Source: a virus | Reading direction: 5' to 3' (one strand) | DNA length: 64,000 nt | IMG/VR virus record: IMGVR_UViG_3300037524_002067 | Span: 64,001-128,000 of that record | In this document: positions 35,542 to 46,215 of the stretch, one piece after another | Numbering within the stretch: the stretch's first letter is position 1 | How the letters are laid out: each line of letters begins with the position of its first letter | Made by a program: the position numbers and the translations under genes | Notes under the pieces: model-generated | Seen by the model: only the letters and a program-made list of their open reading frames with translations | The model's database searches: none | What the model was told of the DNA's origin: nothing

Positions 35542-36402
35542 TTATTTTGCTTTTTCTAATTTTTCTTTGTATTTGTTCAAAATTCTTGTAAGCATTGATT
35601 TTGTATCGGCTGGCATTTTAGAAACGTTTATTAACCAATCATAATATTGCATGTCTTTATAAAGAGATTCTCCGATTGGTTTACCTGGCTGTTCGCCATC
35701 TTTAGATGGTCCGTATTTTGTTCCAAAATTAAAAATTGGCACACCCTTTTCATTCAATATGATATTACCCTCAATATCTAAAGACTTGATAGATTTATTG
35801 AAAACCTTGCTTATGCTCTCAACTGTTGGCTCTATTTTGTTTGTTGCTTTGGTCTTGTTGTCTGCCAACTCCTTGCCAGAATATTTATCCATCATGTCGT
35901 TTAACATTTCAACACACATATTGTTTGTTTCCTCAGAAGAAATTGTTTCTATTTTTTTGTTACAGTAGAAACTGCATGCTGATTTAAAATCTCTTGGCTC
36001 CATTGTGTGATAAATCTTGGAAAGTTCTATTATTTCTCTTCCAACTATATCAAATGGAACATTAACTCTATAAAACTCTTCCGACAATATTTTAAGATCA
36101 AAGTACTTTATATTAAATCCCGCAAAATCACACCCCTCTAAAAATTTAGATATACCAGTTGCTGCTTCAGCAAAGGTTTTCGAGACTTTCAATTTTTCAT
36201 TTGTAATACCAGTTATTCTAGTTATTTCATCAGATATTTCTATACCTGGATTAATAAATCTCGTACCAACCTGGGTTGTTCCATCTATGTTTACTTTTAA
36301 AATAGATATTTCTATTATCTTATCTGTTTTAACATCTAGACCAGTGGTTTGAACCTTTATGAATGCGATTGGTTTATTGTGTGTAATTTTTAGCTTTTCC
36401 AT
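35542..36402 (-). CDS. DnaQ/epsilon-like exonuclease fold with degenerate catalytic residues
   Basis: FIKVQTTGLD in place of DxETTG; INPG..I, GFN...FDL; ExoIII His and Asp not recognisable. Confidence 0.7.
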   Translation of the reverse strand: MEKLKITHNKPIAFIKVQTTGLDVKTDKIIEISILKVNIDGTTQVGTRFINPGIEISDEITRITGITNEKLKVSKTFAEAATGISKFLEGCDFAGFNIKYFDLKILSEEFYRVNVPFDIVGREIIELSKIYHTMEPRDFKSACSFYCNKKIETISSEETNNMCVEMLNDMMDKYSGKELADNKTKATNKIEPTVESISKVFNKSIKSLDIEGNIILNEKGVPIFNFGTKYGPSKDGEQPGKPIGESLYKDMQYYDWLINVSKMPADTKSMLTRILNKYKEKLEKAK

Positions 36403-36411
36403 AGTGTATTT

Positions 36412-36672
36412 TTAAATCCAATTTCCAGTTATTTCTTTATTTAACATTTCAATATCTTTGTCTTCCCACTCTTCCAATATCTCCTCTACAAAAACAACAT
36501 CATCTTCTTTTGACCAAAATATTCTTATAATATTTGTGTCATCTATTGTTTTAAACAAAGATCTTGTTTTATCACCACAAATATACAACAATTTTTTACC
36601 AGCTTCAACAAAATGTCCATCTTTAAAAATTTTTTGTTCGCGAAGCTTAAAATACCTAGACAGTTTTTTCAC
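36412..36672 (-). CDS. Hypothetical protein
   Basis: 86-aa ORF. Confidence 0.55.
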   Translation of the reverse strand: MKKLSRYFKLREQKIFKDGHFVEAGKKLLYICGDKTRSLFKTIDDTNIIRIFWSKEDDVVFVEEILEEWEDKDIEMLNKEITGNWI

Positions 36673-37562
36673 GACGTTTTACAACTTAAAAACTCTCTTA
36701 ATTTATTGCTTTTATTATATGCTCTCAATTTTTTAAGAGCCAATTCTTTTATTTGTCTAACTCTTTCATTTGTAAGATTTAATTCATCGCCTATCTCTTT
36801 TAAGCCCAACTCTTTAGAGCCATTCAAACCAAAGTACATATTTAAAATTTGACTCTCTCTTTCAGTGAGAGTATTTAATACAGAATTTATTTCATGTTTT
36901 AAAGATTCACTGTTCAGTTTAATATCAATATCTTCCATTGTTTCTCCTGGTATTATATCAATCATCTCTGAATCTGAATCCTCGCTAATTTTTTGATCAA
37001 TTGAAAAACATTTTGAACTATCTAAATACGATGTTTTAATCTCATCAGATGTAAAATCAGTAATCGCCTGAAGCTCTGCTTGAGTTGGCTCTCTATCTAG
37101 CTGTTTAAACAACACCTCTGAAGCTTTGTTTATTTTGCCTATAATATTTATCTTGTTAATTGGCAATCTCACCATGCTTCCATTTTCATATATGTATTGC
37201 ATAATTGATTGACGAACCCACCAAACAGCATAAGAAATAAACTTGAACCCCTTTGAGGGATCAAATTTATCAACGGCCTTTATTAGCCCTATATTTCCTT
37301 CGTTGATCAAATCTTCTGCGGACACATTCCCATATTGGTATTCCTTTGCGATAGTCAAAACAAATTTCAAATTACACTCCACTAAGTCTTTTAATGCTTT
37401 TTGATCTCCTGATTTTGCTCTAATAGCTAACTTAATTTGATCGTCGCCACTTATATCTTCTATTTTTCTAAGATCTTTAAAATAATTTTTTAAGGATGTG
37501 CTACTTCCAGTAATTGAAAGGTCGCTGTGTCCTATTGCCATTTTTTTGCTTTTGTGCCCCAT
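36669..37562 (-). CDS. RpoD/RpoS-family sigma70 factor
   Basis: NLKFV, DLINEGNIGLIKAVDKFD...GFKFISYAVWWVRQSI, LTNERVRQI. Confidence 0.9.
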   Translation of the reverse strand: MGHKSKKMAIGHSDLSITGSSTSLKNYFKDLRKIEDISGDDQIKLAIRAKSGDQKALKDLVECNLKFVLTIAKEYQYGNVSAEDLINEGNIGLIKAVDKFDPSKGFKFISYAVWWVRQSIMQYIYENGSMVRLPINKINIIGKINKASEVLFKQLDREPTQAELQAITDFTSDEIKTSYLDSSKCFSIDQKISEDSDSEMIDIIPGETMEDIDIKLNSESLKHEINSVLNTLTERESQILNMYFGLNGSKELGLKEIGDELNLTNERVRQIKELALKKLRAYNKSNKLREFLSCKTS

Positions 37563-37576
37563 GTGTGTGTTATTTT

Positions 37577-37861
37577 TTAATCATTCCAATTTAATTTTGC
37601 TATAAAACTTTGAAATTTTTTCCAGCTGTCTTCATTCAAAATGAACATTTCAGATTTTACAACATTTTCTTTAGATTCATCTAATCCAACCACAGTTAAA
37701 GATATGTGCCTTGTTTCTACGCCTCTTTCTTTAAAACTTTGAAGGTCTATTTCTAAAAACCCAGCGTCTGGACTACCAAGTTTACAATATGTTCCATTTT
37801 CTTCAAACACAACACTTGCATCTACTGTTATATCTGAGTTTTTGTTTTCGTTATTTTCCAT
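37577..37861 (-). CDS. Hypothetical protein
   Basis: 94-aa ORF. Confidence 0.55.
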   Translation of the reverse strand: MENNENKNSDITVDASVVFEENGTYCKLGSPDAGFLEIDLQSFKERGVETRHISLTVVGLDESKENVVKSEMFILNEDSWKKFQSFIAKLNWND

Positions 37862-38137
37862 AAATTTTGTTGTTAAAAATAGTTACTACCAAATATAATA
37901 ATATTTTTAGTAACTAGCAAATTAAACTAGACGTTTTTTAAATAAAAGCTAGACCAAACAACAAGCTAAAATTGCTATTCTTTGAGAAACGATGTTTGTG
38001 ATAAATTTTTATATTTTTTATTACAGATGCCGATAAGGATCTAATGGGGGATTCTTTTTTTTTCATACCAAGTAAGTGCTTCTTCAAAACCAAATAAATT
38101 TGTTTTCCAGGTTAAACCTGTGTTATTAATAGTAATT

Positions 38138-38485
38138 TTAAAATCTATCTTTATATTTCAATATCTTTTGCATTTTTACAGCATCTAAAACAATACCCTG
38201 GCCACGATCAAGAACAATGTTGTATTCTTTAGAAATTGCGGTTTCAAGTTCTTCAAAACTCATTCTAGTTCCATTAATATCAAAACCTCTTTCAGAAAAA
38301 ACAACCTCAAAAGGGTTTCCAGTACTTTTGTCAAAAACAACCTTTGTTGGCTTAACTGGTGGCTTTTCAGAAATGGGTTGAGCCAAACTAGGAGCTTCTA
38401 TATCACCTTTTGCTTGCTCGCTCAAAACACTTCTCAATTGAATCAAAAAACTAGATAATTCTTTATTTATATCCTTTGAATGCAT
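38138..38485 (-). CDS. Hypothetical protein
   Basis: 115-aa ORF. Confidence 0.55.
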   Translation of the reverse strand: MHSKDINKELSSFLIQLRSVLSEQAKGDIEAPSLAQPISEKPPVKPTKVVFDKSTGNPFEVVFSERGFDINGTRMSFEELETAISKEYNIVLDRGQGIVLDAVKMQKILKYKDRF

Positions 38486-38566
38486 ATACTATAAATAGTG
38501 TGTAATTTTAAAAAAATAAGCCTGTTATAAAAATATAACAGGCTTATTTTCAACAAAATAAAGCTT

Positions 38567-38764
38567 TTATTTGGTTAAATCACCTCTTGATTGCAAAAGC
38601 TTGTTTAACATCTCTTGTTGTTTTTGAAGTTCTTGCTTTTTTCTTAAAGCTAATTTAAGTTTTTTAGCACCTTTTTCGGATTGCGTTAGCTTTAATCTAT
38701 CGCTTCTTTTTTTTCCTCTCTTAGCTTCTGCCCTTCTGGCTTCTATACTTTTTGGTTTTTTCAT
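38567..38764 (-). CDS. Small basic protein
   Basis: K/R-rich ORF. Confidence 0.5.
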   Translation of the reverse strand: MKKPKSIEARRAEAKRGKKRSDRLKLTQSEKGAKKLKLALRKKQELQKQQEMLNKLLQSRGDLTK

Positions 38765-38816
38765 GGTTTGTGTTTTTATAAAAATTAAACACAAGTCAAA
38801 ATAAAACAAATAGTTT

Positions 38817-39587
38817 TTACAATTTTCTCATTGACGGTATTAAATGAGCGTGAAAATCAATATTTGGAAAAGTTAATTCAACAGCATCTTGAACAGCTCT
38901 TAACCATTCCTCTCTATCTTCATAAAAATGAACTTCTTCCCAGTTGTTATCTTTAATAGATTGTAAAATAGTCTCAACTTTATATTTTTTTACAGAGCCA
39001 TTTCCCCCTTTAAATAAATACAATCCAAAGTTTGGAAAAGGCAAACCTAAATCAAACAACCTTTTATCAACAACAGCTCTTAATTTTTCTGGTCTACCAG
39101 TTACAATCATTCTGTTTTTTGCTGCTTTATAGTCATTATAAACTTTGCTATTTATATATCTACCAACAGTAGAGGGGTTATCGTGAAAACCAGAAATGTT
39201 GTTTATAACAACATGTCCATCTTCTTCTCCTATAGATCTAACCACATCTTTTAAATAAGAGTCTTTTAATCCGTATTTAGACATACTTTCTGGTGTAAGC
39301 TCACTTATATAGCCAATATAATCTGTGGACAAAGGAGAGCTTGTTTTTGAGTCGTATAAGACTATAAAATCTCCAACAACCAAAAAATAAACCTCTTTTG
39401 AGAACACAATATAAAAAAAGGATTTTATTCTTTTCAACACCTCAATAAAATTTTTATCATGCTCATCAATACCTGGATATAAATCAAGTTTAACAACATT
39501 ATTTTTGTCTACCATTGCAAAATCTGCAAATGTTGGAGTAAGTAAAATCGTGTCATCCAAATCGAATATATCAACTCTTTTTTTCAT
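38817..39587 (-). CDS. HAD phosphatase (Swiss-Army-Knife RNA-repair-like HAD)
   Basis: IFDLDDTIL.TP, VTGR, YK, FYEDR. Confidence 0.65.
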   Translation of the reverse strand: MKKRVDIFDLDDTILLTPTFADFAMVDKNNVVKLDLYPGIDEHDKNFIEVLKRIKSFFYIVFSKEVYFLVVGDFIVLYDSKTSSPLSTDYIGYISELTPESMSKYGLKDSYLKDVVRSIGEEDGHVVINNISGFHDNPSTVGRYINSKVYNDYKAAKNRMIVTGRPEKLRAVVDKRLFDLGLPFPNFGLYLFKGGNGSVKKYKVETILQSIKDNNWEEVHFYEDREEWLRAVQDAVELTFPNIDFHAHLIPSMRKL

Positions 39588-39680
39588 TTCCTAATTATAA
39601 TTAGTTACAAAAATAGTCTTTAATAATCAAATAAAAAAACCAGACCGTATTAGCCTGGTTTTTAAGTAAAAATTATAAAA

Positions 39681-42600
39681 TTAACCACATTTGCTCGTTC
39701 CACAAGATGCGCACTTGAGGCACCCCTCCGAAAAGATAATGCTATCTTCTGCTCCGCAATTTGTGCAGTTTGCACCTTTAAGTTTAGTGCCTTCTGATAT
39801 GTATTTTTTAATACCTCTAACTACACCAGCTTTCCACGTTGTCAACGCTTCCTCCCCAAGATTTAAACTCTCTACTAGATTAATTACATATGGTAATGGC
39901 ATTCCATGTCTCAAGATACCAGAAATCATTTTGGCATAATTGTGATAATCATGGTTAAAAGCTTTTGAAAGGCCTTCGATGATCATTACGTCATCTGTTT
40001 TGTGGTTTATTATAAAATCATATCTTGACTCACCATCAATTTTTAATCTTCTTATAACACCATTTTCAATTGATTTTGGTATTTTAAATTCATCTTCTCT
40101 ACCAGTAAAAATTTCATAAGGTCTACCCTCAAACAACCCAACAAAAGCTATCCACTTCTCGCCCTTGTTTGTGAATCTGTGAACATCAGCATCTAAAAAC
40201 TTTGGTCTTTTAGGCGCATGACTATCTTCAAACATTTTTTCTTTTTGTTTTTCTTTCTTTTCTGTTTCACTTACAAGAACACCACTTCTAGAACCTTCTC
40301 TGTAAACAGTAACACCCTTACAACCACTTCTCCAACCAGTTTCATAAACTTTAGCAACAGTTTCTTCTGAAATGTCTTCTGGCAAATTAACGGTAACAGA
40401 GATAGAGTGATCGACATGTTTTTGAACCATTCCCTGCATTTCCACTTTTTTCACCCAATCAACATCGTTTGATGTTGCTTTATAGTAAGGAGATTTTTTA
40501 ATAATTTTTTCAATGTCTTCTTTTGGCATATTTATAACCTCGTTAACGTTATAGCCATTTGCTTCAAGATAAACCAAAAACTTATGATGAAACACTGGAT
40601 ATTCTTGCCAAGAATCACCAACGCTATCTGTAAAATCAACTCTAGCATTTTTGTCATTTGGGTTTATCTTTCTCCTTCTCATGTACATAATCATGAAAGC
40701 TGGCTCAATACCAGAAGTTGTTTGAGTTAAAATAGATACCGATCCAGTTGGCGCAATTGTTAGAAGAGCAATATTTCTTCTGCCATATTTTACCATATTC
40801 TCATATAATTCAGCATCCTCTTTTTTAATTCTGAGAATAAACGGATTGTTTTTTTCTTTTTCCCAATCATAAATAGGGAAAGCGCCTCTTTCTTTAGCCA
40901 ACTCAACAGAGCTTGCGTATGCAGCAAGCTTTAAGTTTTTGTGAACTTTTTCAGCAAATTTATTTCCCTCATCGGTTCCATAAATAATACCAAGAGCAGC
41001 CATCATATCCCCCTCAGCAGTAACACCGAGACCAGTTCTTCTACCTTGTATACACTTATTTTTTATATTTGTCCACAGTTTGATTTCTGCTCTTTTAATT
41101 TCTTCTTCCTCTGGATCGCTGTTTATTTTTCCTAATATCTTATCAATTTTTTCTAACTCTAATTCAATAAGGTCATCCATTAAACGTTGAGCAATAACTA
41201 CATGCTTTTTAAATAATTCAAAATTAAATTTGGCTTTATCTGTAAAAGGATTTTCAACATAAGAATAAAGATTTAAAATAAGCAATCGACATGAATCATT
41301 CGGACATAGTGTGATTTCACCACAATTATGAGTCACAATACCATTTGCTTCAAACTTGTTAATGCCAGTTATTTGACAATCATACACATCTTCATATCCA
41401 GCTTCTACGATAGATTCTATTTCATCACAAAATCTTTCTCTATACAATCCTCTTAAATTTAAATTACTAATAGCCTCATTTAGTTTTTTGCTTTTTACCT
41501 CATCTTTAAAACCTATAACTTGATTAAAAATATCAACATTGTCTTTAGAAATAATCAATTCGTGTTGTGCATTAACAAAATAATCTTTTTGCCCACCTTT
41601 TCCATTTGGCATAGCCTTAAACCCGCCTGTTCTCCTATTTTCATAGACACTGGAAATTATACCGAATCTTGATAACATTCTTTGTATTGAATATAGATTA
41701 TTTAAATCAGAAGAGGCAAGTCTAACGTTAATTCCTTTTTCCAGATTATCATTTACTGTTCCATCAGCATCAAAAATTCCAGATATAAACCCTATTTGAA
41801 AATTGCTACTAGTTTTTTCTATTTTTTCAGATATATGCTTGTTGACAACCTCTAACTCCTTAGCAAGTTTAAACACTTCTGAACTGCCAATTCTTACCTT
41901 GTGCATTATTTCTTCGTTAAACAAATTATCCCCACTTCCTAAATCGTTTCTGTGTTTAAAATTGTTTTTTATCAAAGAAATAGCGTATTCTTTCATTTCG
42001 TTCCTATTATCTCCCCAATACTCAAAAATAGCTCTCTTAGAATCAAAAGTGCCATCTCCTATTAAATTACCAATAAGCCACCCCTGTTCTGAATTGCCAA
42101 AACCCTTCCAATTATTTTCTCTGTTGTTAGAGATATTTATTTTATCTCCCACATTTAAGTATTTAACTTCACACCATTCTGTGTGTTTTTTATCTCTACT
42201 TATATCCACAACCCTTTCAAGCTCATGATTGTGAGTAGCTCTAATTGAGTATCCTCTTTTGGTTTTTACTTCATAAACCTTTTTATGACCAGTTAGAAAA
42301 AAACCTTCTGCAGTAGAGGGAGACATAACCCCATCAACAATAGCATTAAATTGTTTTCCTAATAAATCTTTTACTTGACGTGGACCACAATCAGTTAAAA
42401 TCCATGTGTCTCCTGGAATACAAGGGTTCGTGCTTGTTGTTTTAAAACCAAGATCAGCATAACAATCTGGAATTGACTCTCTAATAATTGTGTCCCAAAA
42501 TAAAACACCTGGCTCCGCTCTTTTCCAGGCATTATGAATAACTTTTTTCCACAAAGGAGAGGCTTCAATCTCTTTTGTATATTTTGGGGTGTTCGAATCA

Positions 42601-43343
42601 ATTGGATATTTTTGTGTAAACTTATTTTCTGACAATGCGGCTTTCATAAAATCATCAGAAACTCTTACTGACACATTTGCGCCAGTAACTTTTTTCTCAT
42701 CCATTTTCGCGTCAATAAAAGCCTCTGAATCAGGGTGCACAATAGAAATAGATTCCATAAGAGCCCCTCTTCTTCCGTCTTGCGCAACCTCTCTTGTAGA
42801 GTTAGAAAAACGTTCCATAAAAGGAACGACACCAGTTGATGTTAATGCTGAGTTTTTTACTGGCGTACCTTTTGGTCTAACAAAAGAAAGATCTAAGCCA
42901 ACACCAGCCCTTCTTTTCATTAGTTGCACTAATTCCTGATCCAACTTCAATATTCCACCATATGAATCAGAATCTTTGTCGTTGCCTATTACAAAACAAT
43001 TTGACAATGATACATATTGAAAATCGTTACCGATTCCAGCCATTGGACTCCCCTGAGGGACTAGATATTTAAAATCTTTTATCAAGCTGTATATCTCTTC
43101 CTCAGATAAAGGGTTTTCAAATTTTGATTCTGCTCTCGCAAATTCTCTAGCTATTCTCTTGTGCATATCATCTGGTGTAAGCTCAAAAATATTCTCGTTA
43201 GAATCTTTTAAAGCATATTTATTTACCCAAACTTCTGCTGCCAAACTGTCTCCATTAAAGTATTTTAAAGACGCTTCTATAGCTTGTTCTCTTGTATAAA
43301 TCTCTTGTTTTTTTTCTGTTTTTGTTAATGTATTTTGTTCCAT
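39681..43343 (-). CDS. nrdJ: Class II (B12-dependent) ribonucleotide reductase containing an intein
   Basis: SLSNCFV, QDGRRGA, TNP-[intein]-CGE, TIAPTGS, TSGIEP, C-terminal Zn ribbon. Confidence 0.9.
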   Translation of the reverse strand: MEQNTLTKTEKKQEIYTREQAIEASLKYFNGDSLAAEVWVNKYALKDSNENIFELTPDDMHKRIAREFARAESKFENPLSEEEIYSLIKDFKYLVPQGSPMAGIGNDFQYVSLSNCFVIGNDKDSDSYGGILKLDQELVQLMKRRAGVGLDLSFVRPKGTPVKNSALTSTGVVPFMERFSNSTREVAQDGRRGALMESISIVHPDSEAFIDAKMDEKKVTGANVSVRVSDDFMKAALSENKFTQKYPIDSNTPKYTKEIEASPLWKKVIHNAWKRAEPGVLFWDTIIRESIPDCYADLGFKTTSTNPCIPGDTWILTDCGPRQVKDLLGKQFNAIVDGVMSPSTAEGFFLTGHKKVYEVKTKRGYSIRATHNHELERVVDISRDKKHTEWCEVKYLNVGDKINISNNRENNWKGFGNSEQGWLIGNLIGDGTFDSKRAIFEYWGDNRNEMKEYAISLIKNNFKHRNDLGSGDNLFNEEIMHKVRIGSSEVFKLAKELEVVNKHISEKIEKTSSNFQIGFISGIFDADGTVNDNLEKGINVRLASSDLNNLYSIQRMLSRFGIISSVYENRRTGGFKAMPNGKGGQKDYFVNAQHELIISKDNVDIFNQVIGFKDEVKSKKLNEAISNLNLRGLYRERFCDEIESIVEAGYEDVYDCQITGINKFEANGIVTHNCGEITLCPNDSCRLLILNLYSYVENPFTDKAKFNFELFKKHVVIAQRLMDDLIELELEKIDKILGKINSDPEEEEIKRAEIKLWTNIKNKCIQGRRTGLGVTAEGDMMAALGIIYGTDEGNKFAEKVHKNLKLAAYASSVELAKERGAFPIYDWEKEKNNPFILRIKKEDAELYENMVKYGRRNIALLTIAPTGSVSILTQTTSGIEPAFMIMYMRRRKINPNDKNARVDFTDSVGDSWQEYPVFHHKFLVYLEANGYNVNEVINMPKEDIEKIIKKSPYYKATSNDVDWVKKVEMQGMVQKHVDHSISVTVNLPEDISEETVAKVYETGWRSGCKGVTVYREGSRSGVLVSETEKKEKQKEKMFEDSHAPKRPKFLDADVHRFTNKGEKWIAFVGLFEGRPYEIFTGREDEFKIPKSIENGVIRRLKIDGESRYDFIINHKTDDVMIIEGLSKAFNHDYHNYAKMISGILRHGMPLPYVINLVESLNLGEEALTTWKAGVVRGIKKYISEGTKLKGANCTNCGAEDSIIFSEGCLKCASCGTSKCG
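41325..42422 (-). mobile_element. Intein (366 aa) with LAGLIDADG homing endonuclease
   Basis: CIPGDT start, TH.H block B, LIGNLIGDG and FISGIFDADG, VYD..., terminal HN followed by +1 Cys. Confidence 0.9.
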
Positions 43344-43405
43344 ATTTTAATTTTTTAAAGGGGTAAAAATAAATAAAAGTAAATTTTGTTTTTTGTCGGT
43401 TTTTT

Positions 43406-44836
43406 TTATTTTATTCGGCTAGTAAGCATTATCTCGTTGATTGCTAAGTTGATATTATTTTCAGGAAAATTTTCGCTTTCTGTTGTTTTTTTATTTTTTT
43501 GATTTTTTTTCATCATTAAATCACCAGGTTGAACTTTTTTAAGCTCTATGTGTATTTTTCTTGTGTCAAATTCTGCTGGTAAATGGAAGCCGTCGTTGCC
43601 ATTTCTGTTTTTAAGAATTCCTATAGTTGCCTTTTGTTCTAATTTATCATCTGATGTTCTACCAATACCAATAACAACATCCGCCGCTCTTGCATTACCC
43701 AATGACTCACCAATGGTTTTTAATGATATTTCTTCTTGATCCATACCCTCTCTGTTTGTTTGAGCAGCATTCCAAACTGGCACATTCAACTCAACCGCCA
43801 TACCTCTGATTCCAATATAAATACTATCTAAAGAGTGTCTTTTTTCACTATAATTGTCTGTTGGCTTTAATAAATCCCCATAATCAATAAAAATAATATC
43901 TGGAATAAAACCTTCGTTTATTTGTAGCTGTTTTGTGTGTGAAATAAGATTGGCTACAGTCGCTTGTCCAGTTGGGAAAGACTTAATAATTAAATCACCA
44001 CCTATTTCTTTTAACTCTTCTATTTTTTCACAAATAACATCCGTGAACTCCCAAACTTCTTTAATTGGAATTTGATTAATACAAGAATCAAATCTATTTC
44101 CAACAGCTCCCTCAGAAAGCTCTAAAGTATAATACAAAACTTTTTTACCATTCAAAAAAGCTGTTGTTGCAAATTTAACCAACATCATTGATTTACCCCC
44201 ACCAGTTGGCGCTAAAACAATACCCATTTCACCAGGCGATAAACCATTACCTATATATTCATCTAGTGACGGCATTGCGGAAATAGGTTTTCTAAAATCA
44301 CCTTTTAAACGTTTTTCAGCATCTTTTATATAGCTATGACCACCCTGTTTTGGTTCACCAGCTCTAAGAGCTTCTTCAAGAGTGGCCTTCATGGAATCAT
44401 AATTTTGCTTTCTCCAATCTGCCACCATTTTTTTAATACAATTTTTTACACTTCTTTCCTTAAAATATCTGTAAATAGAATCTTTGATATGTCTTGCATT
44501 TTCGGGTTTCGCTTTTTCAATGTTTTCTATAAGACCAATTAGATGATCTTTTGTTAAACCTTTTTCTTTTTCGTTTATAATATCTCTTAACGTAGAAAAA
44601 CTAGCTATTTCCTTATATTTAGAAAAAAATTTTAATTCATAATCCAACAATATTTTCTGATAACTGTCGAAATAATCTACTTGAACTATATCTATTATTT
44701 GATTTGAAAACCCTTCTTTGTCAGTTATAAAAATATTTAAAAACCTATTTTGATAATTAACATCAAATGGTGTAATATTATCTTCTTCTAAAAAAGAACT
44801 TATGTCTTCTGTTATATTGTTGTTATTGTTGTTCAT
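43406..44836 (-). CDS. DnaB/gp41-like replicative helicase
   Basis: APTGGGKS, YTLELSE, IDYGDLL, AAQTNR, KNRNG. Confidence 0.85.
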   Translation of the reverse strand: MNNNNNNITEDISSFLEEDNITPFDVNYQNRFLNIFITDKEGFSNQIIDIVQVDYFDSYQKILLDYELKFFSKYKEIASFSTLRDIINEKEKGLTKDHLIGLIENIEKAKPENARHIKDSIYRYFKERSVKNCIKKMVADWRKQNYDSMKATLEEALRAGEPKQGGHSYIKDAEKRLKGDFRKPISAMPSLDEYIGNGLSPGEMGIVLAPTGGGKSMMLVKFATTAFLNGKKVLYYTLELSEGAVGNRFDSCINQIPIKEVWEFTDVICEKIEELKEIGGDLIIKSFPTGQATVANLISHTKQLQINEGFIPDIIFIDYGDLLKPTDNYSEKRHSLDSIYIGIRGMAVELNVPVWNAAQTNREGMDQEEISLKTIGESLGNARAADVVIGIGRTSDDKLEQKATIGILKNRNGNDGFHLPAEFDTRKIHIELKKVQPGDLMMKKNQKNKKTTESENFPENNINLAINEIMLTSRIK

Positions 44837-45089
44837 TTTTATTTAAATCTTTATTCGCGTCTCTCCATATTCTTTCTTTGTGAACCTCGTTTATTTTCTC
44901 CTCTAATTTGTTGGTCATGTCTTTAAAAAAATAATACAATCTAAGATCCTCATCTTCAACTATACCAACAGCATAATCTGGAACATCTAACTTTGCTTCG
45001 TGTATTACTTTTTTGTTTAGTTCAAGTTTAAAAACAAATTCATCTTTAGAATTTATTTCTTCTAATTTTTCCAAAATACCTTTACTCAT
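44823..45089 (-). CDS. Hypothetical protein
   Basis: 88-aa ORF. Confidence 0.55.
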   Translation of the reverse strand: MSKGILEKLEEINSKDEFVFKLELNKKVIHEAKLDVPDYAVGIVEDEDLRLYYFFKDMTNKLEEKINEVHKERIWRDANKDLNKNEQQ

Positions 45090-46114
45090 TTTTCTTGGTT
45101 TATTTTATTACAATACTCTTTTTCTTTTGACATAATCATATAAAAAGGAGCTAAATAAAGCTCAATATTTTCCATGCCAACAAAACCCATTAAACCTTCT
45201 TTTGCCATCAATGTAATGGCGCTAGATATTTCTCTTGTGTTGTCTAGTGTTGCTTCTTTTATGTCCCTTACTAGTTGTTTTGCCTCTTGGTTTAAAAATG
45301 GCTTTTTAAGATTCATTAATTTAGCATTTCTGTACAAAATATATTCAGCGCCTATAATTTTATCATAAATCTTTGATTTTGATTTCTTTTTGTCTTTTTT
45401 TGCTTCATAACATTCAGCAACCAACATTTTGTAGGTGTATTTTTCAGTTCTTAAACGCGGGAAGTGCTCAAACAATTTTTCTCTTGTTACGCCGCCTACT
45501 TTAGTTATTTCATCTGCTGAATCGCCGTCAAAACACTTCAATAACAATTCATTTTCAACAATACATTTATAAGTTTCTTCGTACAACTTCTTATCTAAAA
45601 CAAAAAAATGATCTGGGTTTATTATTTTTACCTTATCAGAAATTAATTGTCTAAAATCTCCATCTCTGCTATAAATAAAAATTTCATCGTTTGTATTTTG
45701 CAAAATATATTCTGCTATCAAATCATCAGCCTCAATTAAATCCACCTCCATTTGACGCACGAATAATTCGTCCAATATTCTGCTCAAAACAAATTTCTGT
45801 TTTAGTATTTCAAACCTCTCTTTTTCTTTGGGGTCGTTTGTTATACCTTCGTTTTTAAGCATTTTTATTTCCTGATCGTAATTTTTTCTTTTAGATTTAT
45901 ATTGTGGATATATTTCCCACCTTAATCTACCAGCATTAAAACCATCCCAGGCAACAACAACCCTGTCTGGTAGAAATTTGTTTATAACATCTTTGAGAGA
46001 ATTAATAAAACCTATAATTCCTCCACAAAGCTCTCCATTGGAATTTCTTACACCTTTTTGATAGTAAAAATTCCTTTTTAAATTCCAACTCCCATCCACT
46101 AATATCACTTTCAT
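45086..46114 (-). CDS. 5'-3' exonuclease / flap endonuclease
   Basis: LVDG, AWDG, R....P.YK..R, EADD, S.D.D, GD.AD.I..V.G. Confidence 0.85.
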   Translation of the reverse strand: MKVILVDGSWNLKRNFYYQKGVRNSNGELCGGIIGFINSLKDVINKFLPDRVVVAWDGFNAGRLRWEIYPQYKSKRKNYDQEIKMLKNEGITNDPKEKERFEILKQKFVLSRILDELFVRQMEVDLIEADDLIAEYILQNTNDEIFIYSRDGDFRQLISDKVKIINPDHFFVLDKKLYEETYKCIVENELLLKCFDGDSADEITKVGGVTREKLFEHFPRLRTEKYTYKMLVAECYEAKKDKKKSKSKIYDKIIGAEYILYRNAKLMNLKKPFLNQEAKQLVRDIKEATLDNTREISSAITLMAKEGLMGFVGMENIELYLAPFYMIMSKEKEYCNKINQEK

Positions 46115-46215
46115 TAACACAAATATAACAAAAAACCTAGACAAAATTAAAAATTTTAGGAAAAAAAAGGCGGAATATTTCCGCCCATTTATTTTTATCT
46201 AGGTTTTTAAATTTA

